Source: Nitrospirales bacterium (lineage in GTDB: Bacteria; Nitrospirota; Nitrospiria; Nitrospirales; UBA8639). From it: a stretch of DNA of 64,000 nucleotides. Below, in pieces: positions 10,112 to 22,405 of this stretch. The DNA is taken from positions 1,056,001 through 1,120,000 of the forward strand of contig OY820905.2 of NCBI GenBank assembly GCA_963555755.3. Reading direction: 5' to 3'. Positions within the stretch are counted from its first letter, which is position 1, and every line of letters starts with the position of its first letter. The position numbers and the translations under genes were made by a program. The notes beneath the pieces are model-generated. The model was given only the letters and a program-made list of their open reading frames with translations, was not told where the DNA came from and did no database searches.

Positions 10112-11123
10112 TATGCCTTCCCATTTAACTAAGGTTGCTTCAGTTTATTGAATCCCAAGGGTTTTGAGCTGCTGGTCAGGATTTTCAACAAACTCTGGAA
10201 GGTACTCATTGGAGTCTCACGGCGGTTATAGCGAAAGACAAACTCATCAAGATAGTGTTGCAGGTATTTTGAATCCACTCCATGGTGAATCCCGTTCAGC
10301 CAGGTCTGCAGATTGCCGAACGCTCTATGGATGTGTGGAGCGTGCTTCCCAGCACTTGCTGGGTCACCCTGGGTCCGTCTCAGGTGTTCGTATCCTGCCA
10401 AGGCTTTTGCCGAGTATCCCTTCCAACCATCGGACTTGATCTTACTGCCCTCAGCGACATGGCTATTGAGGAATGCTTTGACCTCGTTCTCTCCAGCGTC
10501 TTGAAGAATCGCTAATCGTAAACGCCCTGCTTTCTCTCGAAAGTGATCCCCTTGTGTGTACGTGACAATTTCTACGGCTCCGGCTATTAACGTCTTGGTT
10601 TTCGCTTTCGCGACGCCACGGCCCGTTTTGCCTTTTACCGGTCCACCGATATGGGTTTCATCGGCTTCAACTGTTCCTGCGAGCCGTTCACGGTTCTGTC
10701 GTACCATTCCTCGTCGCAATCTGTGGAGCAAATACCAGGCGCTATCCACCTTCTTGATACTGAGTTGACGCTGCAATTGCACAGCACTGATGCCAGGTGT
10801 GTGCGTGGAGACGAAATAGGCAGCCCAAAACCAAAGCCGTAGCGGCAAGTGCGATCTATGCATCACTGTGCCGCTTAGCGGTGATGTCTGTCTATGACAC
10901 GACGAACACTCAAACCGGAAATATTTTTTGAGCCACCAACCACCGCGATGACCGCAAGCTGGACACATAAACCCGTCTGGCCACCGAATCGCCCGCAAGT
11001 ACTCGAAGCACGCTTCTTCGGTGTGGAACCTAACAGAAAAATCCAAGATATCAGCAGCATACCCTGTGTCCATAGTCCAGCAGACTAGTCTAGGGACTAA
11101 CCTTAGTCAAATGGGAAGGCATA
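10112..11123 (-). mobile_element. IS1595 family insertion sequence, complete
   Basis: 25-bp TIR TATGCCTTCCCATTT(A/G)ACTAAGGTT with 1 mismatch; 8-bp TSD TGGGGCCA at 10104-10111 and 11124-11131. Confidence 0.93.
10129..11073 (-). CDS. IS1595 family transposase
   Basis: Zn ribbon RWPDGFMCPACG..CSSC, VEADETHIGG, SDGWKGY, YLDEFVFRYNRR. Confidence 0.93.
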   Translation of the reverse strand: MDTGYAADILDFSVRFHTEEACFEYLRAIRWPDGFMCPACGHRGGWWLKKYFRFECSSCHRQTSPLSGTVMHRSHLPLRLWFWAAYFVSTHTPGISAVQLQRQLSIKKVDSAWYLLHRLRRGMVRQNRERLAGTVEADETHIGGPVKGKTGRGVAKAKTKTLIAGAVEIVTYTQGDHFREKAGRLRLAILQDAGENEVKAFLNSHVAEGSKIKSDGWKGYSAKALAGYEHLRRTQGDPASAGKHAPHIHRAFGNLQTWLNGIHHGVDSKYLQHYLDEFVFRYNRRETPMSTFQSLLKILTSSSKPLGFNKLKQP

Positions 11124-11279
11124 TGGGGCCATTATCACGAGCACGCGTCCCACGAAGAATGAAGGTCGAGCACGATTTCTTGTGGTGCTTTTTGGGCACC
11201 TGTGGTTTGGAAGTGACAAAAAATGTTATCTGAACTTACTGCACGCACTCATCCCCCAAACCAGCGTTGAAAAAATAAA

Positions 11280-11352
11280 GGGGTCAGACTCGATTAAAGA
11301 GGGAATATTGTGTATGGAGATGCGCAATTTCATTTTAATCGAGTCTGACCCC
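11280..11352. repeat. 19-bp perfect inverted repeat (REP-like, possible terminator after secA)
   Basis: GGGGTCAGACTCGATTAAA ... TTTAATCGAGTCTGACCCC. Confidence 0.7.
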
Positions 11353-11427
11353 ATTTTCCACGCTCTTTTTCGGACTGGTTTAAAGAGTGAGGAAACGTTT
11401 CTTGAAAATGGCTGGATTGGCTTTCAC

Positions 11428-14130
<2,703 letters not shown>

Positions 14131-14519
14131 AGAATGTTCACAGGGTTCAGGGGAACATAGGCAACATGTTTCGCGATCGGCTTTCCAAAGTAGTATACCT
14201 GAAAGGATTCTTGAATCAACAGGATAGGGTTGGCGAAAGAATAACTTCTGGAAAAAATTATCAGATGGTGTCGGGGTTGATGAGGTTTGATGAGGGTATG
14301 GGTCCTATGATAGCCTTAAAGATCTCCATTGCGTTCTTGGGTCATTCTGAAACAATTGACGATTTTTCCATCAACAGTTCCTCCTAGATAGACAGGCCTT
14401 GTATCCCGTATGGCCTCCCCAATGACACTGATGCTACATCGCACTCAACCCTTTTGGGCATTCCGTGATCGAAAGCGCCATTCAGTTTTTAGGTTTTTGG
14501 TCTTAAGCCGTCTATAGTT

Positions 14520-15119
14520 ATGATGGTCTATTGTAAAGTGTGGGGTCATTCTCGCCTTGGTATTATCATCTGCTTGCTGCTGACCACTTTCTTTGTAGCC
14601 ATTCAGCATGGTCAGGCAGACGATTTCCTTGATGAACCAGTGGACACACTCGACACTATTGAGGTTCCAGCTACGGCCCTCATTCAAGAGGAACGAACCA
14701 TTTCAATCCCGTTTCCCACCATGACTGACTTAGCTCCCCTTCCCTCGGCGTATATGATTCCCTTTCATCCTAGGCAACAAGTCACGCCACAAGGGGCCTT
14801 AGGAAAAGTGGCCCGCGATCCCATTGCCGACGTGAAAGGAAAACGGACACCAGTCAGGCCTGCCAAGGCTGAACGTCCCCCCTATCCGCACATCGCGCGA
14901 GAACAAGGATGGGAGGGCACCGTGGTGCTGAGAATCAAAGTGAACCGGGGAGGGTCCGTTGATGCCATCACAACACGGAAAAGTTCGGGGTTTCCCATTC
15001 TCGATGACAGCGCCCTCCAATCAGTCAAAAAGTGGACATTTAAACCAGCCAAGGATGGAGAATTTCCCATTTCCGCAACGGTCGATCTTCCCATTCGCTT
15101 TGACCTGGATACACCATAA
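14520..15119 (+). CDS. Energy transducer TonB family protein
   Basis: N-terminal hydrophobic segment; PPYPHIAREQGWEGTVVL...SSGFPILDDSAL..VKKWTFKPA. Confidence 0.85.
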   Translation: MMVYCKVWGHSRLGIIICLLLTTFFVAIQHGQADDFLDEPVDTLDTIEVPATALIQEERTISIPFPTMTDLAPLPSAYMIPFHPRQQVTPQGALGKVARDPIADVKGKRTPVRPAKAERPPYPHIAREQGWEGTVVLRIKVNRGGSVDAITTRKSSGFPILDDSALQSVKKWTFKPAKDGEFPISATVDLPIRFDLDTP

Positions 15120-15154
15120 CGAGATTTAATCATCCCCTTACGATCAGAGGCATT

Positions 15155-16213
15155 ATGAGTCCACGATTATCTGTTTTTTACACCATTCGGATCACACTGT
15201 TCTCGCTCTTGATAGGACTAAGCTTACCTTTCTCGAGTTGGGCTGATGAAGCCCAAGATCTGTATAACCAAGCGCTCTCCCACGTGCAACGCCAAGATTT
15301 TCAGCAAGCGGCCCAGTCACTCCAGCAAGCTGTCCAGATCTTCCCACGGTTTGCAGTCGCGCACCACTTATTAGGCGTCGTGCTGTTTACCGGATTGAAT
15401 CAATCTGACCAAGCCATTCAGCATTTGGAACAAGCTGTCACGCTACATCACAATTTTGCCCGCGCGTACCTCGACCTCGGTCTCGCGCATCAACATGCCG
15501 GGAACATGCCCAAGGCCAAACTCGCCTTACAAAAAGCCGTGGAGATTTATCCACGATATGCCGAAGCCCAACTCAATCTGGCTTTCGTGTATGACCAGAT
15601 GCAGTCCCCACAACACGCCATTGACGCCTACAATGCCGCACTGAAGCTTAACCCGAAACAACCCGCGGCTCTGTATAACCTTGCCACCCTGTACGACAGC
15701 CAAGGGAACACCACCCAGGCCAAACAGTATTTAGAAAAATTGATCAAGATCGATCCCAAGCACGCCAATGCCTGGTTAACGTTGGCCCAACTGGCGGAAA
15801 AACAGAACCAAACGAGTCAAGCCATTCAGGCCTACCAACGAGCCTTGAACGCAAACAACGATTTACTCGAAGCTCATTATGCGTTGGGGTTTTTGTTCCA
15901 GGCCCAAGACCAATCCCAAGAAGCGGCGAAACACTTTACGCAGGTCATCCGGCTCGATTCTCAACATGCTGAAGCCCATTTGAACCTTGGCGTCCTCTAT
16001 GCCAATTTGGACCTACTTGACCAGGCTGAGCACGAATACCAATCCGCCATCTCCCTCAAACCCAAACTGGTCGAAGCCTACTATAACCTTGGAGTCTTTT
16101 ATGAATTCTACCGAAAAGATACTGGCCGGGCATTGACCCAATACCAAAAATATGTCCAACTTGGCGGAAATGACGAGCGAGTGAAAAAGCTACTCAAGAA
16201 AACCAGTCAGTGA
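15155..16213 (+). CDS. Secreted TPR repeat protein
   Basis: Signal peptide followed by many TPR motifs (AEAHLNLGVLY, EAYYNLGVFY). Confidence 0.88.
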   Translation: MSPRLSVFYTIRITLFSLLIGLSLPFSSWADEAQDLYNQALSHVQRQDFQQAAQSLQQAVQIFPRFAVAHHLLGVVLFTGLNQSDQAIQHLEQAVTLHHNFARAYLDLGLAHQHAGNMPKAKLALQKAVEIYPRYAEAQLNLAFVYDQMQSPQHAIDAYNAALKLNPKQPAALYNLATLYDSQGNTTQAKQYLEKLIKIDPKHANAWLTLAQLAEKQNQTSQAIQAYQRALNANNDLLEAHYALGFLFQAQDQSQEAAKHFTQVIRLDSQHAEAHLNLGVLYANLDLLDQAEHEYQSAISLKPKLVEAYYNLGVFYEFYRKDTGRALTQYQKYVQLGGNDERVKKLLKKTSQ

Positions 16214-16222
16214 CCCACTGAT

Positions 16223-17131
16223 ATGAGAATGGTTCTGCCACATCCGCCGTTGATACCCTTCTGGGCATGGTCTACACTCCTTCATGTTGGGACCATCGCA
16301 CTGTTCAGTTTCATCCATTTTTCAAATACGATCGAGAACACAGCATCTGTGGTTCAAGTCACCTTGGTCGAATCAGCCACGCCGGGACCGACACCCGCCC
16401 AGGCTCAACCGGAGCGGGAGAAGGTTTCTCCCAAAGCTCCTCCCCTCCTACATGCACGACGACCTGCTCCGCCTAGGCTTCACCACACGATTCCGACTCT
16501 GCAACCGCTCAAGACTCCAACCGCACGAACAACCATTGCCCAAGTGGCTGCTCCCTTGAAACGTCAAAAAATGGTCACGTCTCTACAACGGCACGTGCTC
16601 CAGGATAGCCGTGCCACCGACCACCTACAACTCAAAAATTATTTCAAAATGGCCCAACGTGCTCCAGCTTCACGAACGACTTCACAACCCATGAAGCCGC
16701 AATTAGATGTTTCGTCATCGTCTCCTTTTCTTCCAACCCAGATGCCTACTCGCACCCTGGCAACCTTGACTTCCCGAGCCACACCGGCCATACATCGTTC
16801 GCTAACACCGCAGGTACTCAAAGCCAGGGCACCAGGAACCAGTGGCATTTCCAAATCCAAAGTGGATTTTGGCCGAACCATTCCCCCTGTCTATCCGAGA
16901 ATTGCCCGAGAATCGGGTTGGGAAGGGACTGTCCTTGTCCGCGTCGCGGTCCAACCGGATGGAAGCCCTGATTCCATTAAAGTTCGAAAAAGTAGTGGAC
17001 ACCCCGTGTTAGATCATGCGGCGATTGACGCGATTAAAAAGTGGAGATTTTTACCCGCAAAAGATGGGAATATCCCAATCCGCAGCATCGTGGAAATCCC
17101 GATCAATTTTGACTTGAGAAAACAAGGATGA
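16223..17131 (+). CDS. Energy transducer TonB family protein
   Basis: SxxLH transmembrane motif (STLLH), Pro-rich linker, PVYPRIARESGWEGTVLV..SSGHPVLD. Confidence 0.88.
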   Translation: MRMVLPHPPLIPFWAWSTLLHVGTIALFSFIHFSNTIENTASVVQVTLVESATPGPTPAQAQPEREKVSPKAPPLLHARRPAPPRLHHTIPTLQPLKTPTARTTIAQVAAPLKRQKMVTSLQRHVLQDSRATDHLQLKNYFKMAQRAPASRTTSQPMKPQLDVSSSSPFLPTQMPTRTLATLTSRATPAIHRSLTPQVLKARAPGTSGISKSKVDFGRTIPPVYPRIARESGWEGTVLVRVAVQPDGSPDSIKVRKSSGHPVLDHAAIDAIKKWRFLPAKDGNIPIRSIVEIPINFDLRKQG

Positions 17132-17150
17132 TCCACAAGGATGTCACCCC

Positions 17151-17792
17151 ATGATTGAAATCCTCATCGCCGGCGGATGGATGATGATTCCCATCGTCCT
17201 TTGCTCCCTCATCGCCGTAGCCATCATCCTTGATCGGGGATGGCATTTTTATCACATGCCAACCAATGACAATGCGGATCACATGGTGAGGCTGGTGGCC
17301 AAGGGCAAATTTACGGACGCACTGGCCTTAAACGAACGCGAGCCCCATTCCCTTCTCCGCGTATTGAGCGCCGGCATTCATTCGCGTTCCTCCGGCCCGG
17401 AAAAAGCCATGGAAGCTACCGGCATCGCGGAGCTCACCCATCTGAAACGCGGCCTTCCCGCATTGGATACGATCATTACCTTAGCCCCACTCCTTGGCCT
17501 CCTGGGCACGATTATCGGCATGATCGATTCCTTCGGGATCATGGCAGATCAAGGAATTGGACAGCCGCATGCCGTGACCGGTGGGGTGGCGGAAGCCTTG
17601 ATTTGTACCGCCGGGGGCATCGTTGTCGCGGTCATCGCCCTCGTCCCCTACAACTACTTTCTCGCTCGCATCGAACAACACTCCGAACTCATTGAATACT
17701 ATGCCACACGCATGGAGTCAGCCCTCAAAGAAACTACGGAGAACACCACAAGTGCGACTGCCAGCCACCGCAAAAAAGAAAGCCCGAATTGA
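17151..17792 (+). CDS. exbB: MotA/TolQ/ExbB proton channel protein
   Basis: TLAPLLGLLGTIIGMI, GGVAEALICTAGG. Confidence 0.88.
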   Translation: MIEILIAGGWMMIPIVLCSLIAVAIILDRGWHFYHMPTNDNADHMVRLVAKGKFTDALALNEREPHSLLRVLSAGIHSRSSGPEKAMEATGIAELTHLKRGLPALDTIITLAPLLGLLGTIIGMIDSFGIMADQGIGQPHAVTGGVAEALICTAGGIVVAVIALVPYNYFLARIEQHSELIEYYATRMESALKETTENTTSATASHRKKESPN

Positions 17793-18156
17793 GATCATTC
17801 CCATGATCGACACCATGTTTTTTCTACTGGTGTTCTTTATGATTGCGACGCTCTCGATGACCATGCAAAAGGGCATACCGGTCAACCTTCCCACATCCGG
17901 CTCGGCAACGGAGATTGTTCCCGAAGAGGTTTCCTTGACTCTTACGAAGAATGGACAATTATTCTTTAACAAAGAACCCATCGGGATCTTGGATCTTGAA
18001 CCCCGACTGCAAAATCTGGTACATAAAGGAGGAGAGCCGTCTGTCGTGATCAATGCCGATGAAGCGGTTTCCCATGGCCGAGTCATTGCGGTGATGGATT
18101 CCGTAAGAAAAACCGGCATACACACTATGGCCATTGCCATCAAACCTGACCACTAA
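17752..18156 (+). CDS. exbD: ExbD/TolR biopolymer transporter
   Basis: ARIEIIPMIDTMFFLLVFFMI, VNLP, INADEAV.HG.VI.VMD; GTG at 17752 chosen because GGAGA lies upstream. Confidence 0.88.
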   Translation: MRLPATAKKKARIEIIPMIDTMFFLLVFFMIATLSMTMQKGIPVNLPTSGSATEIVPEEVSLTLTKNGQLFFNKEPIGILDLEPRLQNLVHKGGEPSVVINADEAVSHGRVIAVMDSVRKTGIHTMAIAIKPDH

Positions 18157-18166
18157 CCAGGTCCTT

Positions 18167-18475
18167 ATGCAACGGATCTTCACTACACGAACAGTCTTCT
18201 CGGTTGCGGCAGGCGTCGTTGTCAGTATTTACTTCTCGCTCGCGTTAGTCGCCTTCTTTTGCGCCACGACCCATGCCAGCCATCATGGTCATCAAGCCCC
18301 CCATTCATCGTTATGTACTTGGGCGTGCCAAGCCAATAATTCCGTTAGCCTGGTATCCCTCGCCATCCCTCTTCTGGCCATTCTGATTTCGGTTGTGATT
18401 TTTGAACGTGAATTTTCTGCCTCTCTCACCCCAACCAGAGTGTTCCACACACCTCGCGGTCCTCCTCGGATTTAA
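18167..18475 (+). CDS. DUF2946-like small protein (TM segment, His-rich, CxxxC, C-terminal RGPP)
   Basis: HASHHGHQAPHSSLCTWAC...FHTPRGPPRI. Confidence 0.7.
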   Translation: MQRIFTTRTVFSVAAGVVVSIYFSLALVAFFCATTHASHHGHQAPHSSLCTWACQANNSVSLVSLAIPLLAILISVVIFEREFSASLTPTRVFHTPRGPPRI

Positions 18476-18586
18476 CTTTCCACCATTATTTCTTCAGTCA
18501 AAAACCGTAGGTTGTAATCCGTCGTTCGTATTTCGTGAAAGAACAATTTTCGAAATACACAGTCGATTCAGAGAGTGGAGGCAATC

Positions 18587-19132
18587 GTGACATCTTTGAT
18601 AGGGAGACTGTTCCTTGGACTTGTCGTCGTGGGAATTGGAACTGCCTTGTGCGTGAGTGTATGGGGCATGGGATCGCGTGTCCCGATCCAAGGCACCACA
18701 GCCACTGAATTCGAATTAACCGACCTTCAGGGTGGCAACCATCGCCTTTCACAATATCGAGGAAAGGTCGTGCTTCTCAATTTTTGGGCAACGTGGTGTG
18801 TCCCCTGCACCAAAGAAATGCCCGCGATGCAGGCAGCCTATGATCGCCTCAAGGACAAAGGACTCGTCGTCCTGGCTGTAAACGAATTGGAAGATGTGGA
18901 CCAAGTGAGGGCTCACATCGAAGAGCATGGCCATACGTTTCCCGTTTTACTCGACCCCAACAACCAGGTGGCGAATCTTTATGGCGTGTACGGACTTCCT
19001 GTCACGGTGTTCATTGATCGACAGGGAATCGTTCAGGAATACCTGAAAGGTGGGCTGTTAACCAAAGAACGAATTCATCGGATCTTTGAACAACTCACAA
19101 CGGATCGACAGAAATTGGCATTGCGAAAATAA
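18587..19132 (+). CDS. TlpA/ResA family thiol-disulfide oxidoreductase
   Basis: GKVVLLNFWATWCVPC..EMP, YGVYGLP; GGAGG before GTG 18587. Confidence 0.9.
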   Translation: MTSLIGRLFLGLVVVGIGTALCVSVWGMGSRVPIQGTTATEFELTDLQGGNHRLSQYRGKVVLLNFWATWCVPCTKEMPAMQAAYDRLKDKGLVVLAVNELEDVDQVRAHIEEHGHTFPVLLDPNNQVANLYGVYGLPVTVFIDRQGIVQEYLKGGLLTKERIHRIFEQLTTDRQKLALRK

Positions 19133-19158
19133 TAATAATAATAAGGATCAGGACATTC

Positions 19159-19479
19159 ATGATTCGACAAGTCGTGACATTGACCGTGCTGGGGTGCCTG
19201 CTGGCACTCAACGGTGCGGCGTTGCCCCAAGTGGTCATGCATAGCATGCACCATGACCACCACTCTTCCTCTACCCACAATTCTCCCATCTGTTTCTGGG
19301 TGTGTACCGCGGGACAGATGGAAGAATCAACGACTATCCTGCCTATTCAAATCACGCAGATCATCGACATCATTGACCCTCAACTTTTTTCGTTTCATCC
19401 TACAGCGGCAATTGCCTACCAATACGCTCGTGGCCCTCCACCATCATTTCTCGCGAGATTGACTGCAACAACACTGTAG
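19159..19479 (+). CDS. DUF2946-like small protein (signal, His-rich, CxxxC, RGPP)
   Basis: HSMHHDHHSSSTHNSPICFWVCTAG...YARGPPPS. Confidence 0.7.
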   Translation: MIRQVVTLTVLGCLLALNGAALPQVVMHSMHHDHHSSSTHNSPICFWVCTAGQMEESTTILPIQITQIIDIIDPQLFSFHPTAAIAYQYARGPPPSFLARLTATTL

Positions 19480-19623
19480 AACTCTTCTCAATTCAGCATT
19501 GAACCCCTTCCGATTATTGAAGGGCCATCGGGGATTGGAGAGCTGTATCTCCGCACGTCAACTAATCAAGGGATGCTGACGCCGAGAATGTATTTCCATT
19601 CAAGGAGCAAGGAGTTTCACGAA

Positions 19624-20691
19624 ATGAATATGCGCTTTTCGACTATAGGTTTTGCCATTGTGGCTGGATGTCTCACGATTTTGGTTTCAGGCCAACCAAT
19701 CATGGCCTCATGCGGGTCGGCAAACTGTTTCATGGTCATCGGGTCGCAAGCGGGCATTCCACAAAGAGGAACCGTGACAACGAACATCATGTACACCAAC
19801 ATTAATCAAGGGGATCTCCTTGATGGGACAACCGGTGTCATCCCTGCGGTCGAAGTCGATGACCGGAAAATCGTGCTTGGCGAACACCGGGAACGCTCAA
19901 CCCGAACGCAAATCACCACCGTTGACATCAACGTGGGTATCACGGACCGAGTCGCCTTTCAGGTCACGGTCCCAATTGTAGACCGCTCTCACCTCCATCA
20001 AATTGAAATTGATACGCCCGAACAAGCAGATGAAACATTTAATGACACGGGACTTGGCGATATTCGCCTCACGGGGAAATACAATGTCTTGACCTCCCTT
20101 CAGAACTTGGTCATCCTGGGCTTTGGCATTGATCTCCCTACAGGAAAGGCCAGGTCAAATGCTGATGGCAAGCAAAAAATACAGGAACCGGGCCTACAGC
20201 TTGGCCGAGGCAACGTGGGACTCATTGGCTCAGTGTACCAGGCGCACCAAATTATTCCACAAGTCCTTGGCCAGTTTTCCTCTGCCTCCTACCGACATAC
20301 TTTCCGGAATGACGCCGGTTATCAATTTGGAGACGAGTACATTCTCAGCGCCGGACTGAATTGGCAGACCTTCACCTGGTTGGTGCTCACGGGACAAGTC
20401 AACTGGCGCTATTTGGTCCATGACAATTTTAGTGGGTCCGTACATTCACATCCTGGTGGTGTCGTGATTGACGCAGCAATCAAAGACCGACGCGTCCCAA
20501 CGACCGGTTCGACCACTTTAATGTTTACCCCAGGCATCACGGTGCAAAACCTTCCCTTTGCTCCGAACACGGCCGCCTATGTTAATGTTCAAATCCCGGT
20601 GGCTCGCGACTTCAACAACAACCTGGCGCAGGATGTGAGTTTTATTATTGGCATTTCCCATTTCTTTAACCTATTTGGCGATAACGCGTAA
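19624..20691 (+). CDS. Putative outer-membrane beta-barrel transporter with N-terminal CxxxxC
   Basis: Signal peptide, mature N-terminus SCGSANC, GLGDIRLTGKY, DLPTG, LQLGRG, amphipathic strands. Confidence 0.65.
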   Translation: MNMRFSTIGFAIVAGCLTILVSGQPIMASCGSANCFMVIGSQAGIPQRGTVTTNIMYTNINQGDLLDGTTGVIPAVEVDDRKIVLGEHRERSTRTQITTVDINVGITDRVAFQVTVPIVDRSHLHQIEIDTPEQADETFNDTGLGDIRLTGKYNVLTSLQNLVILGFGIDLPTGKARSNADGKQKIQEPGLQLGRGNVGLIGSVYQAHQIIPQVLGQFSSASYRHTFRNDAGYQFGDEYILSAGLNWQTFTWLVLTGQVNWRYLVHDNFSGSVHSHPGGVVIDAAIKDRRVPTTGSTTLMFTPGITVQNLPFAPNTAAYVNVQIPVARDFNNNLAQDVSFIIGISHFFNLFGDNA

Positions 20692-20894
20692 AAGGAAGCA
20701 ACGAAGTATCAGGCATGGATACGCACCTCTTTCCAATTTGAAAAGGCTCTATGAAACATGCTGGTCTATTGATGGTGTTAGCCTTTGGACATTCCTCCAT
20801 TCACTTCAGTGTAGCTTTCACTAGCTGAATCAGTGCATAATGTTCTTCACTCATAGATGAGCTCTGTGAAATTTCTTGGTCGCGGTGAAACAAC

Positions 20895-21491
20895 ATGAAA
20901 AAAATTCTTATTATTGGAGTAATTTCAGCACTTGGGTTGCTCATTGTCGTAATGTGGTTGTTACCTGGAGCTTTTAGTGCCAAGGGCAAGCCCCCGGAAT
21001 GGGAGATCTCGATGGCCAGATTCGCTCGACACCTGGCGACACCCAGTCAATGGAGTGATGCCAAAAATCCGGTCGAGCCCTCTCCTGAAATTTTAGCAGA
21101 GGCTCTTCATCATTTTGCGGATCACTGCGCCAACTGCCATGCCAACGATGGGAGTGGGAAAATCCCAAATGGACCAAACTTTTATCCACCGGTTTCTGAC
21201 CTTCGTTCTGACACCATTCAAGCCATGTCAGATGGTGAGTTGTTTTACGTGATCCATTTTGGTGTTCGATTCTCGGGCATGCCTTCCTGGGGTGATGACA
21301 ATCCGGAAAAGGATACCGAGAGTTGGACATTAGTCCATTTCATTCGGCACCTCCCCAAAATCACACCAGAGGAAATTGCCCAAATGAAAGCCATGAACCC
21401 GATGACCACTCAGGAACGTGCCGAGCAGGAAGCCATGGATGCATTCTTAGCCGGAGAAGATTTCGAACCCACAGCCGGGAGTCATCATTAA
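20895..21491 (+). CDS. Membrane-anchored monoheme c-type cytochrome
   Basis: CANCH, MSDGELFYVI..GVRFSGMPSW. Confidence 0.85.
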   Translation: MKKILIIGVISALGLLIVVMWLLPGAFSAKGKPPEWEISMARFARHLATPSQWSDAKNPVEPSPEILAEALHHFADHCANCHANDGSGKIPNGPNFYPPVSDLRSDTIQAMSDGELFYVIHFGVRFSGMPSWGDDNPEKDTESWTLVHFIRHLPKITPEEIAQMKAMNPMTTQERAEQEAMDAFLAGEDFEPTAGSHH

Positions 21492-21508
21492 CTACATAAG
21501 GATATGTC

Positions 21509-21820
21509 ATGAAACGATTTCTTGCACTCACCATTCTCGTTGCCATTCTTGCTTGTCCCCTCTTCGTTGGCGCTCACGGGAATGATGCTCATGTCCTTGG
21601 CACCGTGGCGGAGACCACCCAAGATCAGATCACTATAAAAACGCTAAAGGGGAAATCCATCACACTCGCCATCACCGCAGATACGACCTTTCAACACAAC
21701 GGGATCGCAACCAAGGAAGCACGACCTCAAGTCGGGAATCGGTTGATTGCAGAAGCGGAAAAAGATGGAGACACATTTATAGCGAAACACATCAAATTTT
21801 CCTCACCCAAATCAAAGTAG
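21509..21820 (+). CDS. Small secreted protein (mature N-terminal HGNDAH, possible metal binder)
   Basis: Signal peptide ending VGA, followed by HGNDAHVLGTV and a beta-rich domain. Confidence 0.65.
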   Translation: MKRFLALTILVAILACPLFVGAHGNDAHVLGTVAETTQDQITIKTLKGKSITLAITADTTFQHNGIATKEARPQVGNRLIAEAEKDGDTFIAKHIKFSSPKSK

Positions 21821-21998
21821 GACCTGAGAGAAAATAACTTGGACACTATCGCGCCAAGATTTGGGTCGGATTTGGACGGAACGATTGAGAAACACCCGAG
21901 GCATAGCACAGCTATGGTGAGGGTTTTTCGATTGAGGCCCGTTCAAAGATGACCCGAAGATTGGATGCGAGATGTCCAAGGTGTTTTCTCTCAGGTCC
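21820..21998. mobile_element. MITE family B, uninterrupted copy
   Basis: TIR GGACCTGAGAGAAAA; homologous to 48047-48394 and 53437-53783 but lacking the nested family A element. Confidence 0.75.
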
Positions 21999-22112
21999 TA
22001 AGCCCGTTGCTGTTGGGTTCACCACATCCCTTATTCAGGGAAACCGGCCTTGTTGTCTGAACCAGGTGGTCTATTTTGACAGTTTCGTCAACCCTGAATT
22101 AGAAGCCATTAT

Positions 22113-22294
22113 CCTAGAAACAGCAGTTGGCTCACAAAAGTCCGCGCAAGAATACCTTCCCCTGTTTGGGCGTCGATCCATCCCGTCTGGCGGCGTTGTT
22201 CGTCCTTTCCATACGAGGAGTATGGGCAGTCCTCGCGCCTTGCCAGACAGGTGTCCCAGCACCCAAACATGCGAAGTTATTTTTGCGCGAGCCC
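22113..22294. mobile_element. Chimeric MITE: family A left end fused to family C body
   Basis: CCTAGAAACAGCAGTTGG...CGCGCAAG then AATACCTTCCCC...TTGCGCGAGCCC; junction at the shared CGCGCAAG. Confidence 0.7.
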
Positions 22295-22368
22295 TTACCG
22301 TAAACCCTATTTCCGCCGATACAAATTTGGCACATCATGATCACGATGCAATTCTCTGACAGTCCGAA

Positions 22369-22396
22369 TTGTACAACCTTTGAGTTTTGGTATAAT
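22369..22396 (+). promoter_or_regulatory. Putative sigma70 promoter
   Basis: TTGTAC, 16 bp, then TATAAT with TG extension; 9 nt before ATG 22406. Confidence 0.55.
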
Positions 22397-22405
22397 GAAC
22401 CCGAT

